A stretch of 64,000 bases of DNA from the NCBI GenBank assembly GCA_951406725.2, contig OX597830.1, positions 22,196,001 through 22,260,000 of the forward strand. Reading direction: 5' to 3'. Positions 52,973 through 63,513 of the stretch are shown here, piece after piece. This stretch comes from Octopus vulgaris (lineage: Eukaryota). Position numbers and translations under genes: made by a program. Every line of letters starts with the position of its first letter. The stretch's first letter is position 1. The notes beneath the pieces were generated by a model that saw only the letters and a list, made by a program, of their open reading frames with translations, did no database searches and was not told where the DNA came from.

Positions 52973-55909
52973 TGTTGTGACGAGAGTATGACACCCTCTG
53001 ACAAGAATAGATGGGACCACTACATATAAATAGTAGCAGTGTGACATAGTAGGCAGTTTGGTCTTTGAAGTCCAGGTTTAGTTTACAGTTCAAGTTAGTG
53101 TGTTAAAAATATTGATTGTTTGTTCATTATGTGTTTTTTTTTTTGCTGCTGCTGTTTCTATTTTGTATTGTTATAAGACTGTACTACAATATTGGAGGTG
53201 TAAAGATGTAACATCTGGCAGCGAGGATTTTTCAAAGTTCACTTAGGTTACTTGACAATATGTGTGTCATACAAATTGTTAAATTATGGAGAACCTGTTA
53301 GCTGCAGTAATACAGCATCAAGAGAAGCAACAGGAACAACTACTGGAGTTGCAGAAGCAAATATTACAACAACAACAGTTAACTGAGTTACAGTCAAAGA
53401 AGTTTGAAAATTTGTTAAGTTCATTTACACCAGACAGTTTGGCAAACTCGATTTCTGAATTCATTTATAATCTGGAGGAGGGTATTACGTTTCCTGTATA
53501 CTATAGAAGGTATGAGGCAATTTTTAAAGATTGCAAGTCATGGTTGAATGAGGAGAAAGTGAGACTATTACTATGCAAGACAGCTCTGGCTGAGCATGAA
53601 CACTACTGTAACTTTATATTGCCTTATTTTTGTGCAAGGATTCTCTCAAAAATTGAGCAAGAGAACCAAGACCATTGCAGAAGAATGTCAAACTATGGTA
53701 AACCTGAAGCATGACGCGAAAAATATTCAAGAGAAAGATTTTGCAAAAGTACAGATGTGTCAACCCGGAAAGCACAATCAAAAAAGAGTGCCAGGCCCCA
53801 GTCCATATTATGGATGTGGAGGCCTACACTTTAGAACAGAGTGTCTGTTTAAAAACGAAAAATCCTATAGTTGTCAGAAACTTGGTTACAAGAGCTCGCA
53901 CTACAGGACAAGATTACGAGGGTCGAATGCAAAAAGTTCTAAGGTGTTTTCAGCAGAAAGTGAATGTGGCACAAAAACAAGAAAATTCGTACACATAAAA
54001 AGAAATGGCTCCTGTGCAGGTGGCATGTGAAAAACACCATTTGAGAGTGGCCGTTGCCAGTACTGCCTGACTGGCTCTCGTGCCAGTGGCACGTAAAAGC
54101 ACCCACTACACTCTCGGAGTGGTTGGCGTTAGGAAGGGCATCCAGCTGTAGAAACTCTGCCAGATCAGATTGAAGTCTGGTGCAGCCATCTAGTTTGCCA
54201 GTCCTCAGTCAAATCGTCCAACCCATGCTAGCATGGAAAGCAGACCTTAAACAATGATGATGATGGCAGTTGGATATGAGTAGTGATATTTCAAACATAA
54301 ATGTAGACACACAGAAAAATCGGGAAACTAAGGTTATATAAAACAGCGAAAATTGTATGTGGTGATAAATGACATTTCATGGGCGAAATGTGTACAGATG
54401 TCACATTTTAAGGAGAAACATGTGAAGTAAAAATATTCATTGTGGAGAAAACAATCAATCTGTTTGGTACACTTTGGTTGGAGTTATTTGACTCATGGCA
54501 CCTCCCCATAAGTCTCTACAGCAAAAACATAAATGGTTGTCTGTCAAAAATAAATCATCTGAGGAATTGAAGAGAGAATTGAAAAAGATGTTTTCTCAAG
54601 TACTATCAGAGGACTTAGGTCTAAGTAAAAAGACTGAAGCCTTCTTTCAAGTAAGTGAAAACGCCGTGCCTGTATTTAGGTCTTACAGAAAAGTACCATT
54701 CACTGCAATTGAAATCGTAAATGAAGAGTTGGACAGACTGGAAAAAAGTGGAATCATCAAAAAGGTGGATTACTCTAAGTAGGCAGCACCCACAGTGTGC
54801 ATTAAAAAGAAAAATAATAAGATTAAGCTGTGTGCTGATTTCTCTACAGGGCTGAATGTCTGCTTAAAAACGTGCCACCATCCACTCCAGAGGACATTTT
54901 CGCAAAATGAAATGGTGGAAAAATTTTCTGTTACAAATGCTCAAAGTGTCTGACAATAAATGCATGTAAAGTATTGTACAGGTATACCTGATTACCTTTT
55001 CAGTTAAAGGTTGCACTGGCAATATTTGAGCAGACCACAGATGCTATGTTATCTGATTATGAATTTGCAATTTTTTATTTGGACAATATATTGATTAAGA
55101 GTAATTCGCGTGAACAGCTTGTGGTGCATATAAAAGCTGTGTTCAAGAAAAAGAGTAGGAGTTCACTTTGAGTGAAGAAAAACGCGAATTCTTTTTGCCG
55201 CAAATTAGATACTCAGGGCAAATAATTGATAAAAATGCTGGACGGCCTAACCCATTGAGGGCAGACACAAGAATGAATATGCCTACTTTGACAAATATAC
55301 CAACATTACAAGTGTTTCTTAGGCTGGCAAACTACTACCAAAACTACATTTCTAACATGCACAAATTAAGAGCTCCATTAAATGACTTATTAAAAAAGGA
55401 AGTAAAGTGGAATTGGTCGGTTAAATGGCAAAACGCGTTTAAAGAAATAAAAAAAAATTTCTAATTGCAGATTAATCTCTAGTGCATTTCGATCCTGAAA
55501 TGGACACTGTTGTAGCATATGATGCTTCGTAGTACAGAATAGGAGCAGTTTTGCTACACAAATATAAAGATGGAGGTACACAACCAGTGATTCATGTTTC
55601 GCGCTCACTGATAGTGACAGAAAAAATACAGTCAGATAGAAAATGAAGCCTTATCCATTATATTATCTTTATGATAAAAAAAATTTCACAGGTTTCTACA
55701 TGTTAGTTTCTGATAATGGAACACAATTCTAAGGGTATGAATTCAAGAACTTCTGTAAAATGCATGCGATAAAGCATATTTTCATCCCACCCTACCACCC
55801 AAGGTCAAATGAGCAGATAGAAAGATTCGTAGACACGTTCAAAGGAGTGTTAAGAAAAGCTAAGAGCAAATTAAGTAACGATGAAGCACTAACAAAATTC
55901 TTAAGGGTA
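52973..55909 (+). mobile_element. Decayed Ty3/gypsy (Mag-like) LTR retrotransposon, 3'-truncated
   Basis: Putative 5' LTR TGT...AACA (52973-53213) and PBS-like TGGCAGCGAGG at 53216. gag starts at 53286 (SLANSISEFIY...YRRYE, Cys/His knuckles). RT: VPFTAIEIVNEELDRLEKSGIIKKVDYS, LCADFSTGL. RNase H region follows; integrase: SDNGTQF, PPYHPRSNEQIERFVDTFK. Many stops and frameshifts. Confidence 0.88.
54005..54265 (+). mobile_element. RTE 3'-end fragment inserted in the gypsy gag/protease region
   Basis: Same 3' UTR motifs, CCATGCTAGCATGG and (GAT)n tail. Confidence 0.85.
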
Positions 55910-58900
55910 TGGCACTCTGAAAGGTAGGTCTGGTGAGATAGTCGAGATGCTTGAACGGAGATGTGTGGATATATGTTGCATGCAAGAAATAAGGTGGAGA
56001 GGAGGATCAGCTAGGTTCCTCACAGGCAAGGAACGCAGGTACAAGATTTTCTGGGCAGGGAATACTGACGGGGTTGGTGGCGTGGGTATACTTATCGCTG
56101 AGAAATGGGTAGATAAAGTAATTGAGGTAATCAGAGTAAGTGACAGAATACTTAAGATTAGATTAGTGCTTCATCATAGTTTAGCAACCATTATATCAGC
56201 CTATGCTCCTCAGTCGGGGCTACCCGATGGACAGAAAGACCGATTCTATGACACTCTACTGCAGACTACCTCATTGACGAACGACAGAGACCTTATCTTT
56301 GTGGCTGGTGACTTCAATGGTCACGTTGGACGACATGCTGGGGGCTTCCATGGCGTACATGGAGGTTACGGCTATGGCTCCCGCAACGAGGAGGGAACCA
56401 GGCTGCTGGAGTTCTGCGATGCAAATAATCTTATGATTTGCAACACTAACTTCAGGAAACCTACCAGCCACCTAGTCACTTACCAATCGGGCCAACATAC
56501 CAGCCAAATTGACTACATCCTTACAAGGCAAAGGGAGAGATGGCTGCTTATAAATGCCAAAACCTTCCCAGGTGAAGAATGTACCCCACAACATAGACTG
56601 GTAGTTAGTGACTTTAGGATCAGGACTAGGAGGACAACCAGAAGACGACAAATATGGAGAAGAAGGATCTGGAAGCTTAAAGATCCTGCAAATGGACAGA
56701 GATTTAGGGACATATTACTTGAAGCCTCTGACGAAGTAGAAGGGGATAGAGCATCACAGGGGGTAGAAGACAGCTGGACGTTTCTAAGGGACAACCTGCT
56801 GAGAGCCACTGACCAGATCTGTGGCTGGTGCAAAGTCCCCTCTCGACCTAGAATAACGTGGTGGTGGAACAATATTGTAGACAGGGCTATTAGAGAAAAG
56901 AGACAGGCTTGGAAGGTCTGGAAAAATGGGGGTAGCAGGGAATTGTATCAGACTGCCAAAAGAGAAGCTAGGAGACAGGTTTATTTAGCCAGAGGGGAAG
57001 CAGATAAGAAAAAATTTGCCAATGTTCTGCGCCGTGAGGACCAAAGACTGGAGGTGTTTCGTGTTGCAAGACAGTGTGTGAGAGAGAATCGTGATGTGGT
57101 AGGAGAGAAGTGTGTTCGCATGGAAGATGGTTCACTTGCGCTAAATGAGGATGCAAAGAGAGAGGTTTGGAGATGCCACTATGAAAGGTTGCTGAATGAA
57201 GAAAATGAATGGGATAAAGAGAGTCTGCCGAATGTTGACCCAACAGAGGGACCAGCTATCCGAGTTGATAGTTCTGTGGTAGCTAAGGCAATTAGAAGCA
57301 TGAAGACAGGGAAAGCCCCAGGCCCATCAGGAATCACTGCAGAGATGCTCAAAATGTCTGGTAGTGTCGGCTATAGCCTAGTCACCCATATAGTTAATCA
57401 GGTGATACACAAAGGGGTCATACCCAATGACTGGTGTAGCAGTATAATAGTCAACTGCTACAAAGGTAAAGGTGATGCCCTAGATACAAACAACTACAGA
57501 GGTATCAAGCTGTTGGACCAGGTGATGAAGGTTACGGAGAGGGTCATAGCCCAACTAATTAGAGAGAGAGTTAGTTTAGATGAGATGCAGTTTGGGTTTG
57601 TGCCAGGGAAAAGTACTACTGATGCTATATTCCTGGTAAGGCAGCTGCAGGAGAAATACCTAGCCAAAGATAAGCCCCTGTACCTGGCTTTTGTTGACAT
57701 GGAGAAAGCCTTCGACAGGGTCCCCCGATCCCTTATCTGGTGGGCAATGAGAAAACTAGGGATAGATGAATGGTTAGTGAGAGCTGTGCGGGCCATGTAT
57801 AGGGACGCCGCTAGTAGGGTGAGGGTTGGAAATGAGTACAGTGAAGAATTCCGGGTAGAGGTAGGGGTCCACCAAGGCTCAGTACTCAGCCCCCTCCTAT
57901 TTATCATAGTCCTCCAGGCAATAACGGAGGAATTCAAGACAGGATGCCCTTGGGAGCTCCTCTATGCTGATGACCTTGCTCTAATTGCTGAGTCGCTATC
58001 AGAACTGGAGGAGAAGTTTCAGGTGTGGAAACAAGGATTAGAATCGAAGGGCCTCAGAGTCAATCTAGCTAAAACCAAAGTCGTAATCAGTAGGAAGGTA
58101 GACAAATCACAAACACCTTCAGGTAGATGGCCCTGCTCGATCTGTAGAAAAGGTGTAGGTAGAAACTCTATAAGATGCACCAAGTGTAAGCTATGGACAC
58201 ATAAGAGATGCAGCAATGTCAAAGGAAGGCTAACTAGGAAGATGGTTTTTGTATGTGGCAGATGCTCAGGAACAATAAACACTGAAAATGCTCTGAGACC
58301 AACTTCTGTCACTTTCCAGGGAGAAAAACTAGAAATAGTTGATAGTTTCCGTTACCTAGGTGACCAAGTCAGCAGCGGGGGCGGGTGTGCTGAAAGTGTA
58401 ACTGCTAGAGTAAGAATAGCTTGGGCAAAGTTCAGAGAGCTCTTACCTCTGCTGGTGACAAAAGGCCTCTCGCACAGAGTGAAAGGCAGACTGTATGATG
58501 CGTGTGTACGAACAGCCATGCTACATGGCAGTGAAACATGGGCCGTGACTGCTGAGGATATGCGTAAGCTCGCTAGAAATGAAGCCAGTATGCTCCGATG
58601 GATGTGTAATGCCAGTACTCACACTCGGCAGAGTGTAAGTACCTTGAGAGAAAAGCTGGACCTAAGAAGCATCAGTTGTGGTGTGCAAGAGAGACGTTTG
58701 CGCTGGTATGGTCATGTGGCGAGAATGGATGAAGATAGTTGTGTGAAAAAGTGCCACACCCTAGCGGTTGAGGGAACCTGTGGAAGAGGCAGACCCAGGA
58801 AAACCTGGGACGAGGTGGTGAAGCACGACCTTCGAACTTTAGGTCTCACCGAGGAAATGACTAGAGACCGAGACCTCTGGAAGTGTGCTGTGCGCGAGAA

Positions 58901-59538
58901 GACCCGGCAGGACAAGTGAGTCCACAACCCGTGGCCTTCTACATGGGATGGAGCCAGCCTACGTATGCATACCTTCCCTTCTTGGGACACAAAACTCTAC
59001 TTGTGAAGACGTGTTGAGGCAAGTGAGGATCAGAATCGAAATCGATCAATGGAAATTGCGGATGTGCTACCAGTGCCGGTGGCATGTCGAAACTCTGCTT
59101 GTGAAGACCCATTGAGGCAAGTGAGGATCAGAATCGAAATCGATCAATGGAAATCGATCAATGGAAATTGCAGATGTGTTACCAGTGCCGGTGGCATGTA
59201 AGAGAACCTTCCGTTTCGCGACCGTTGCCAGCACCGCCCCGTTTCGTGTTCGTTGCCAGCCTCGCCTGGCCCTCGTGCCGGTGGCACATAAAAAACACCA
59301 TCCGTTCGTGGCCGTTTGCCAGCTCTGGCTGGCACCAGTGCGGGTGGCACGTAAAAAGCACCCACTACACTCACGGAGTGGTTGGCGTTAGGAAGGGCAT
59401 CCAGCCGTAGAAACACTGCCAGATTTGACTGGGCCTGATGAAGCCTTCTGGCTTCACAGACCCCAGCAGAACCGTCCAACCCATGCTAGCATGGAAAACG
59501 GACGCTAAATGATGATGATGATGATGATGATGATGATG
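55910..59538 (+). mobile_element. Near full-length RTE-clade LINE
   Basis: Single long ORF, a 3' UTR of about 600 bp with internal duplications, and a (GAT)n tail ending at 59538. The 5' end abuts gypsy integrase sequence. Confidence 0.95.
55947..58919 (+). CDS. RTE LINE ORF: AP endonuclease + reverse transcriptase with a PHD-like insertion (990 aa)
   Basis: Endonuclease motifs CMQE.RW, AYAP, GDFNGHVG and QIDYIL. RT motifs NYRGIKLL, QFGF, FVDMEKAFDRV, GVHQGSVLSPLLF, YADD and FRYLG. RTE C-terminal RRLRWYGHVARM and RGRGRP.KTW. No internal stops. Confidence 0.97.
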   Translation: MLERRCVDICCMQEIRWRGGSARFLTGKERRYKIFWAGNTDGVGGVGILIAEKWVDKVIEVIRVSDRILKIRLVLHHSLATIISAYAPQSGLPDGQKDRFYDTLLQTTSLTNDRDLIFVAGDFNGHVGRHAGGFHGVHGGYGYGSRNEEGTRLLEFCDANNLMICNTNFRKPTSHLVTYQSGQHTSQIDYILTRQRERWLLINAKTFPGEECTPQHRLVVSDFRIRTRRTTRRRQIWRRRIWKLKDPANGQRFRDILLEASDEVEGDRASQGVEDSWTFLRDNLLRATDQICGWCKVPSRPRITWWWNNIVDRAIREKRQAWKVWKNGGSRELYQTAKREARRQVYLARGEADKKKFANVLRREDQRLEVFRVARQCVRENRDVVGEKCVRMEDGSLALNEDAKREVWRCHYERLLNEENEWDKESLPNVDPTEGPAIRVDSSVVAKAIRSMKTGKAPGPSGITAEMLKMSGSVGYSLVTHIVNQVIHKGVIPNDWCSSIIVNCYKGKGDALDTNNYRGIKLLDQVMKVTERVIAQLIRERVSLDEMQFGFVPGKSTTDAIFLVRQLQEKYLAKDKPLYLAFVDMEKAFDRVPRSLIWWAMRKLGIDEWLVRAVRAMYRDAASRVRVGNEYSEEFRVEVGVHQGSVLSPLLFIIVLQAITEEFKTGCPWELLYADDLALIAESLSELEEKFQVWKQGLESKGLRVNLAKTKVVISRKVDKSQTPSGRWPCSICRKGVGRNSIRCTKCKLWTHKRCSNVKGRLTRKMVFVCGRCSGTINTENALRPTSVTFQGEKLEIVDSFRYLGDQVSSGGGCAESVTARVRIAWAKFRELLPLLVTKGLSHRVKGRLYDACVRTAMLHGSETWAVTAEDMRKLARNEASMLRWMCNASTHTRQSVSTLREKLDLRSISCGVQERRLRWYGHVARMDEDSCVKKCHTLAVEGTCGRGRPRKTWDEVVKHDLRTLGLTEEMTRDRDLWKCAVREKTRQDK

Positions 59539-59549
59539 TAGAGTAATGT

Positions 59550-59690
59550 GGAGGCGCAATGGCCCAGTGGTTAGGGCAGCGGACTCATGGTCGGAGGATC
59601 GCGGTTTCAATTCCCAGACAGGTGTTGTGTGTGTTTATTGAGTGAAAATACCTAAAAGCTCCACGAGGCTCCAGCATGGGGGGGGGGCTG
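59550..59690 (+). mobile_element. tRNA-derived SINE head
   Basis: GGAGGCGCAATGGCCCAGTGGTTAGGGCAGCGGACTC...GGTTTCAATTCCC has pol III A/B-box-like motifs but no tRNA acceptor-stem closure. Confidence 0.65.
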
Positions 59691-60838
59691 ATATTATTTC
59701 CTCGTGCATTTTTGTTTGGGGGGGAAAAAGGTTTAACTAGGATTGAAGGAAAATGGCTCCTACTCTTAAAACTGGTCCTATGAGAGAGGACTCGCCACAT
59801 GCTTATTGCTATAATTCCTATTATTAAAACTGCGATGATTGATTTGTTATATAACAAACCAATACAATTTGTGCCAGCATTGCAAACCAGATGGTAATAG
59901 ATCGATAGTGTGTGTGTGTGTTGGGGGTTACTTCAGATATCTAATGGTTTCTGTACCAACAATTGATATACATGTTGTGCTAATAGAGATTGAAGGAACT
60001 CATCAGTGCTTCTGTTTTCTCTTTGCCACAGGCTCTGAAAAGTGAAGAAAATCATAAAGATACCGAAGGAAGTGAAGAGAAATCAGGTGCAGTTCCATGT
60101 CATTTATTTTAATCATAGGTGTTTTGTTTCTTTTGGTTTTATATCAGTACTTGTGCACGGGTGGATAAGAAGCTTGCTTTGTACTATGTGGTTTCAGAGA
60201 ACCCCAGGCTGTCCAGTGTAAATGTGTTTGGTAGGCAGAAACTGTGTGGTTGACCCATCATTTATATATAATCTGTGTGTGTGTGTGTGCTTGCGAGTCT
60301 CTTTGTTTATTTCCCATCATCTGTTAAATGATAATGATGAATAGTGATTATTTTAGCTAGAGTGTTGCCGGTCACACTGGGAGATGTATTGATCCTGATA
60401 ATTTTATTTCAGACAGTAAATATATTAGATGTGTTGTTCACTTTAGCAAACTTTAGCTGACAAGTTCCATTCCCATTTGACAGTAATATACCTTATGGGT
60501 AAGAAGTGCATTAAAATCCTTTCTACCATTGTTAATGTGACAATTGGATATAAAACAGCAACTTTGTTTCATGCTTTTTTAACTAGTTAATATGTAATAC
60601 AGTGTTCTCATATTCAGGTGTGTGAAACTGAATTTTAAACTGGTTAGATGTGTGTAACAGTATTATGTAATGTAGTGTTTTTAATCCACTGTCATGTCAT
60701 GTGAAACTATTTTAGTCTGTGATCAGATGTATATAGTATAGGGGTGTGTGTTTGACTGAATAATGTATAATACTGAAATTACTGAACTGATGTTGAATTA
60801 TTTTTTTTATTTCCAGAAAACAAACTTATACAGACAAC

Positions 60839-63133
60839 ATGGATGAGGTTGGTGAATTTTGTCATATTTTTATAGATAATTTATTGTCATCTATGTATTT
60901 TCCAAATGTCACTGTTTAGTATACTATTTTTTGGAGGTGTTTACTCTGGCTCAAAAACAAAAATCTATTGTGTGGTTAAGAGGCTTACTTTGCAACCATG
61001 TGGATTCAGGTTCAGCCTTGTTACATGGCACCTTTGGCCAGTGTCCTCGACTAGAACCCCAGGCTGTCCAATGCTTTGTAAATGAGTCTGATAAACAGAA
61101 ACTGTGTGCTTCTTGACAGATTGTAGTATACACAGATATGTATGTATGATGGGCATGTTTCAGTTTTTAATTACCAACTCCACTCATCAGGTGCTTATAA
61201 TGCCACTCTTAATCTATCTTCTCTTCTAAACAGCTCCTGTCAAGCTTCCATTGCTTCCATGATTAAAACAGTGGGTACATGATAATCTTTACTCATTCAG
61301 CAAAGACAGAATCATTGCACTTATTAGGAAATAATCTTGAACTGAACCCTTTTTAGTGCTTAACCTGTAAAGTTGCAAAAACTGCTAGGATTCAGAACCA
61401 CTGGATCTCACCTGGTGACCATACTTTACTGTGATGTGTTCACTTAGTTTACTTTAGTGTTAGAATTTCAATGTCAGTTTGTTAATGCTATCCATGAAAA
61501 AGACCAGTGAAGTACACAAACGTACTCTGGTCATTAATAACAGTTGAATTTCATAACTGAAAAGAGCTTTACCTGTAGCACATCAATGATCACTGTGAAT
61601 CTCAAAGAAGGAAGTACTATTATTCTATAATAATACTATAAATTTCCTTATAGTAAAAATGGAATACAGTAATAATTTAAGCATTCAATAAGAATACGGT
61701 ACTAATGGATATTACAGTGAGCAAAGGATAAATATAGGATGATTTAGTGTTGATGGTTAACAGAAACTTGTTTTATTTTAATTTTCAGAAAGAATCAGAG
61801 ACATCTAATGTGGCATTAACAGACGTCTTCTTAAACACTACCAATTCAAATGGTTACTCTTTGCTCTCTGACAAAACTTCTGTGGAAGACCTTTCTGAAG
61901 ATCAACTGCTTTCAAGTGGTACCAAACCATCAGATATGTTGGCAGATAACACCTTTGATAAAGACCAGTTTAAAGAGGAACTACCTATCTCTGCTTCAGA
62001 TACAAACAAAGACACTGGAACTGTTCTGCAGGTAATTAAAATTTACTACACCTTTTGCATCGTTCTACTAATTATATTGCACTACTTGTTTTAGTGCAAG
62101 TTATTACTTTCATTTCATAATTGGTAATTAGTGTTAGATATGGTATGATTTAATTAATATGAAAATTATTTTACTTGCTATTCAGCAGTTACTTATATCT
62201 ATCAAACTTAACCAGTTATAATTCCACTGATAATTCTTGAAACATAAAACCATTTCAGGACCAAATATTTTAATTCATATATACACAATTACATTAGATA
62301 TAAAGATAGGTGATTTTTTTCTTAATATGGATGAAAGTAATTTTACTTCACAGTTCAATAGTTAATTGTATTTGCTATGAAGTTAATCTGTTATAAATTC
62401 CACTGATGATTTCTCAATCTGAAAACCATTTGAGAACAAAATAGTGTGATTCTTCACTTGTCGTTCACAATTGTGTTTAACAAAAAGATCATCTTCATCA
62501 TCATCATCATCGTTTAAAGTCCGCTTTCCATGCTAGCATGGGTTGAACGATTTGACTGAAGACTGGCAAACCAGATGGCTGCATCAGGCTCCAATCTGAT
62601 CTGGCAGTTTCTACAGCTGGATGTCCTTCCTAACGGCAACCACTCCGAGAGTGTAGTGGGTACCTTTATGTGCCACTGGCACGAGGGCCAGACAGGCGGT
62701 ACTGGCAATGCCATACTCAAATGGTGTTTTTTACGTGCCACCTGTACAGAAGCCAGTCGAGCAGCACTGGCAACGACCTCGCTCGAATGTTTTTTCATGT
62801 GCCACCAGCACAAGTGTCAGTAAGGCAACGCTGGTAACGATCACGCTTGAATGGTAGTTTTTACGTGTCACTGGCACGGAAGCCAGTTTGCTGCTTTGTC
62901 AACGATCACGCCCAAATGGTGCTTTTTATGTGCCACCGGCATGGAAGCCAGTTTGCTGCTCTGGCAATGATCATGCTCGGATGGTGCTCTTAGCGCTCCA
63001 CTTGCATGGATGCCAGTCATCGAATTCGGAAAAATATTTTTTTCTGTCATTTGTTGTTGTTGTTAGTCATATTAGTCATTTTCTTTCTTCACTTTTCAGG
63101 AAGAATCTGATGATCCATTAAAGGATACCACAG
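60839..63133 (+). CDS. Putative coding start of a SAP-less SAFB paralog: join(60839-60847,61789-62031,63100-63133,...)
   Basis: The first ATG of the predicted spliced transcript (aacATGG) is in frame with the open exons 6 and 7: MDE-KESETSNVALTDVFLN...GTVLQ-EESDDPLKDTT. Confidence 0.45.
62495..63030 (-). mobile_element. RTE 3' UTR fragment in intron 6 of the duplicate
   Basis: (CAT)n, CCATGCTAGCATGG and 3' UTR subrepeats; absent from the corresponding intron of copy 1. Confidence 0.85.
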
Positions 63134-63295
63134 GTATGAAATTCGTTTTCTTTAAATTTCCTAAAATAGTCTATTTATTGCATACTTAGATTGACCCTAT
63201 ATCAGTTGTTTCGTTGTCTCAATGAAAATAACAAAACACAACTCTACTATCATTTTGCCAGTGATATACATGTTGCTCATAAAGGCTTGTATTAA

Positions 63296-63513
63296 CCGTT
63301 TAGCATTTAAACTGGCCATATCCAGCTGAAATATTCTATGTTTTATGTTCAAATTGGCAAGATTTGGCTTTTCACACTTACTCTACAATGTCATTGTATA
63401 AATAAACTATCACATCATTGATATCCTGAAGCTACAAAATAATGCATGGTTAATTCAAAATAATGTGAATAGATAAGCATTATATTTGACAGAATAATCT
63501 GAATGCTAAAGGG
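63296..63513. mobile_element. piggyBac-type MITE
   Basis: TTAA|CCGTTTAGCATT ... AATGCTAAAGGG|TTAT. Confidence 0.7.

Noticed and set aside
53286-54030. Second gag ORF as another domesticated gene
   Set aside because: It is frameshifted and embedded in a decayed LTR-PBS-gag-pol element, unlike the stand-alone spliced gag at 1528-2349.
56271-58990. Antisense ORFs overlapping the RTE ORF
   Set aside because: Shadow frames of the long + strand coding sequence.
59550-59625. tRNA gene
   Set aside because: A/B-box-like motifs are present but the cloverleaf does not close and the sequence continues into SINE body; classed as a SINE head.
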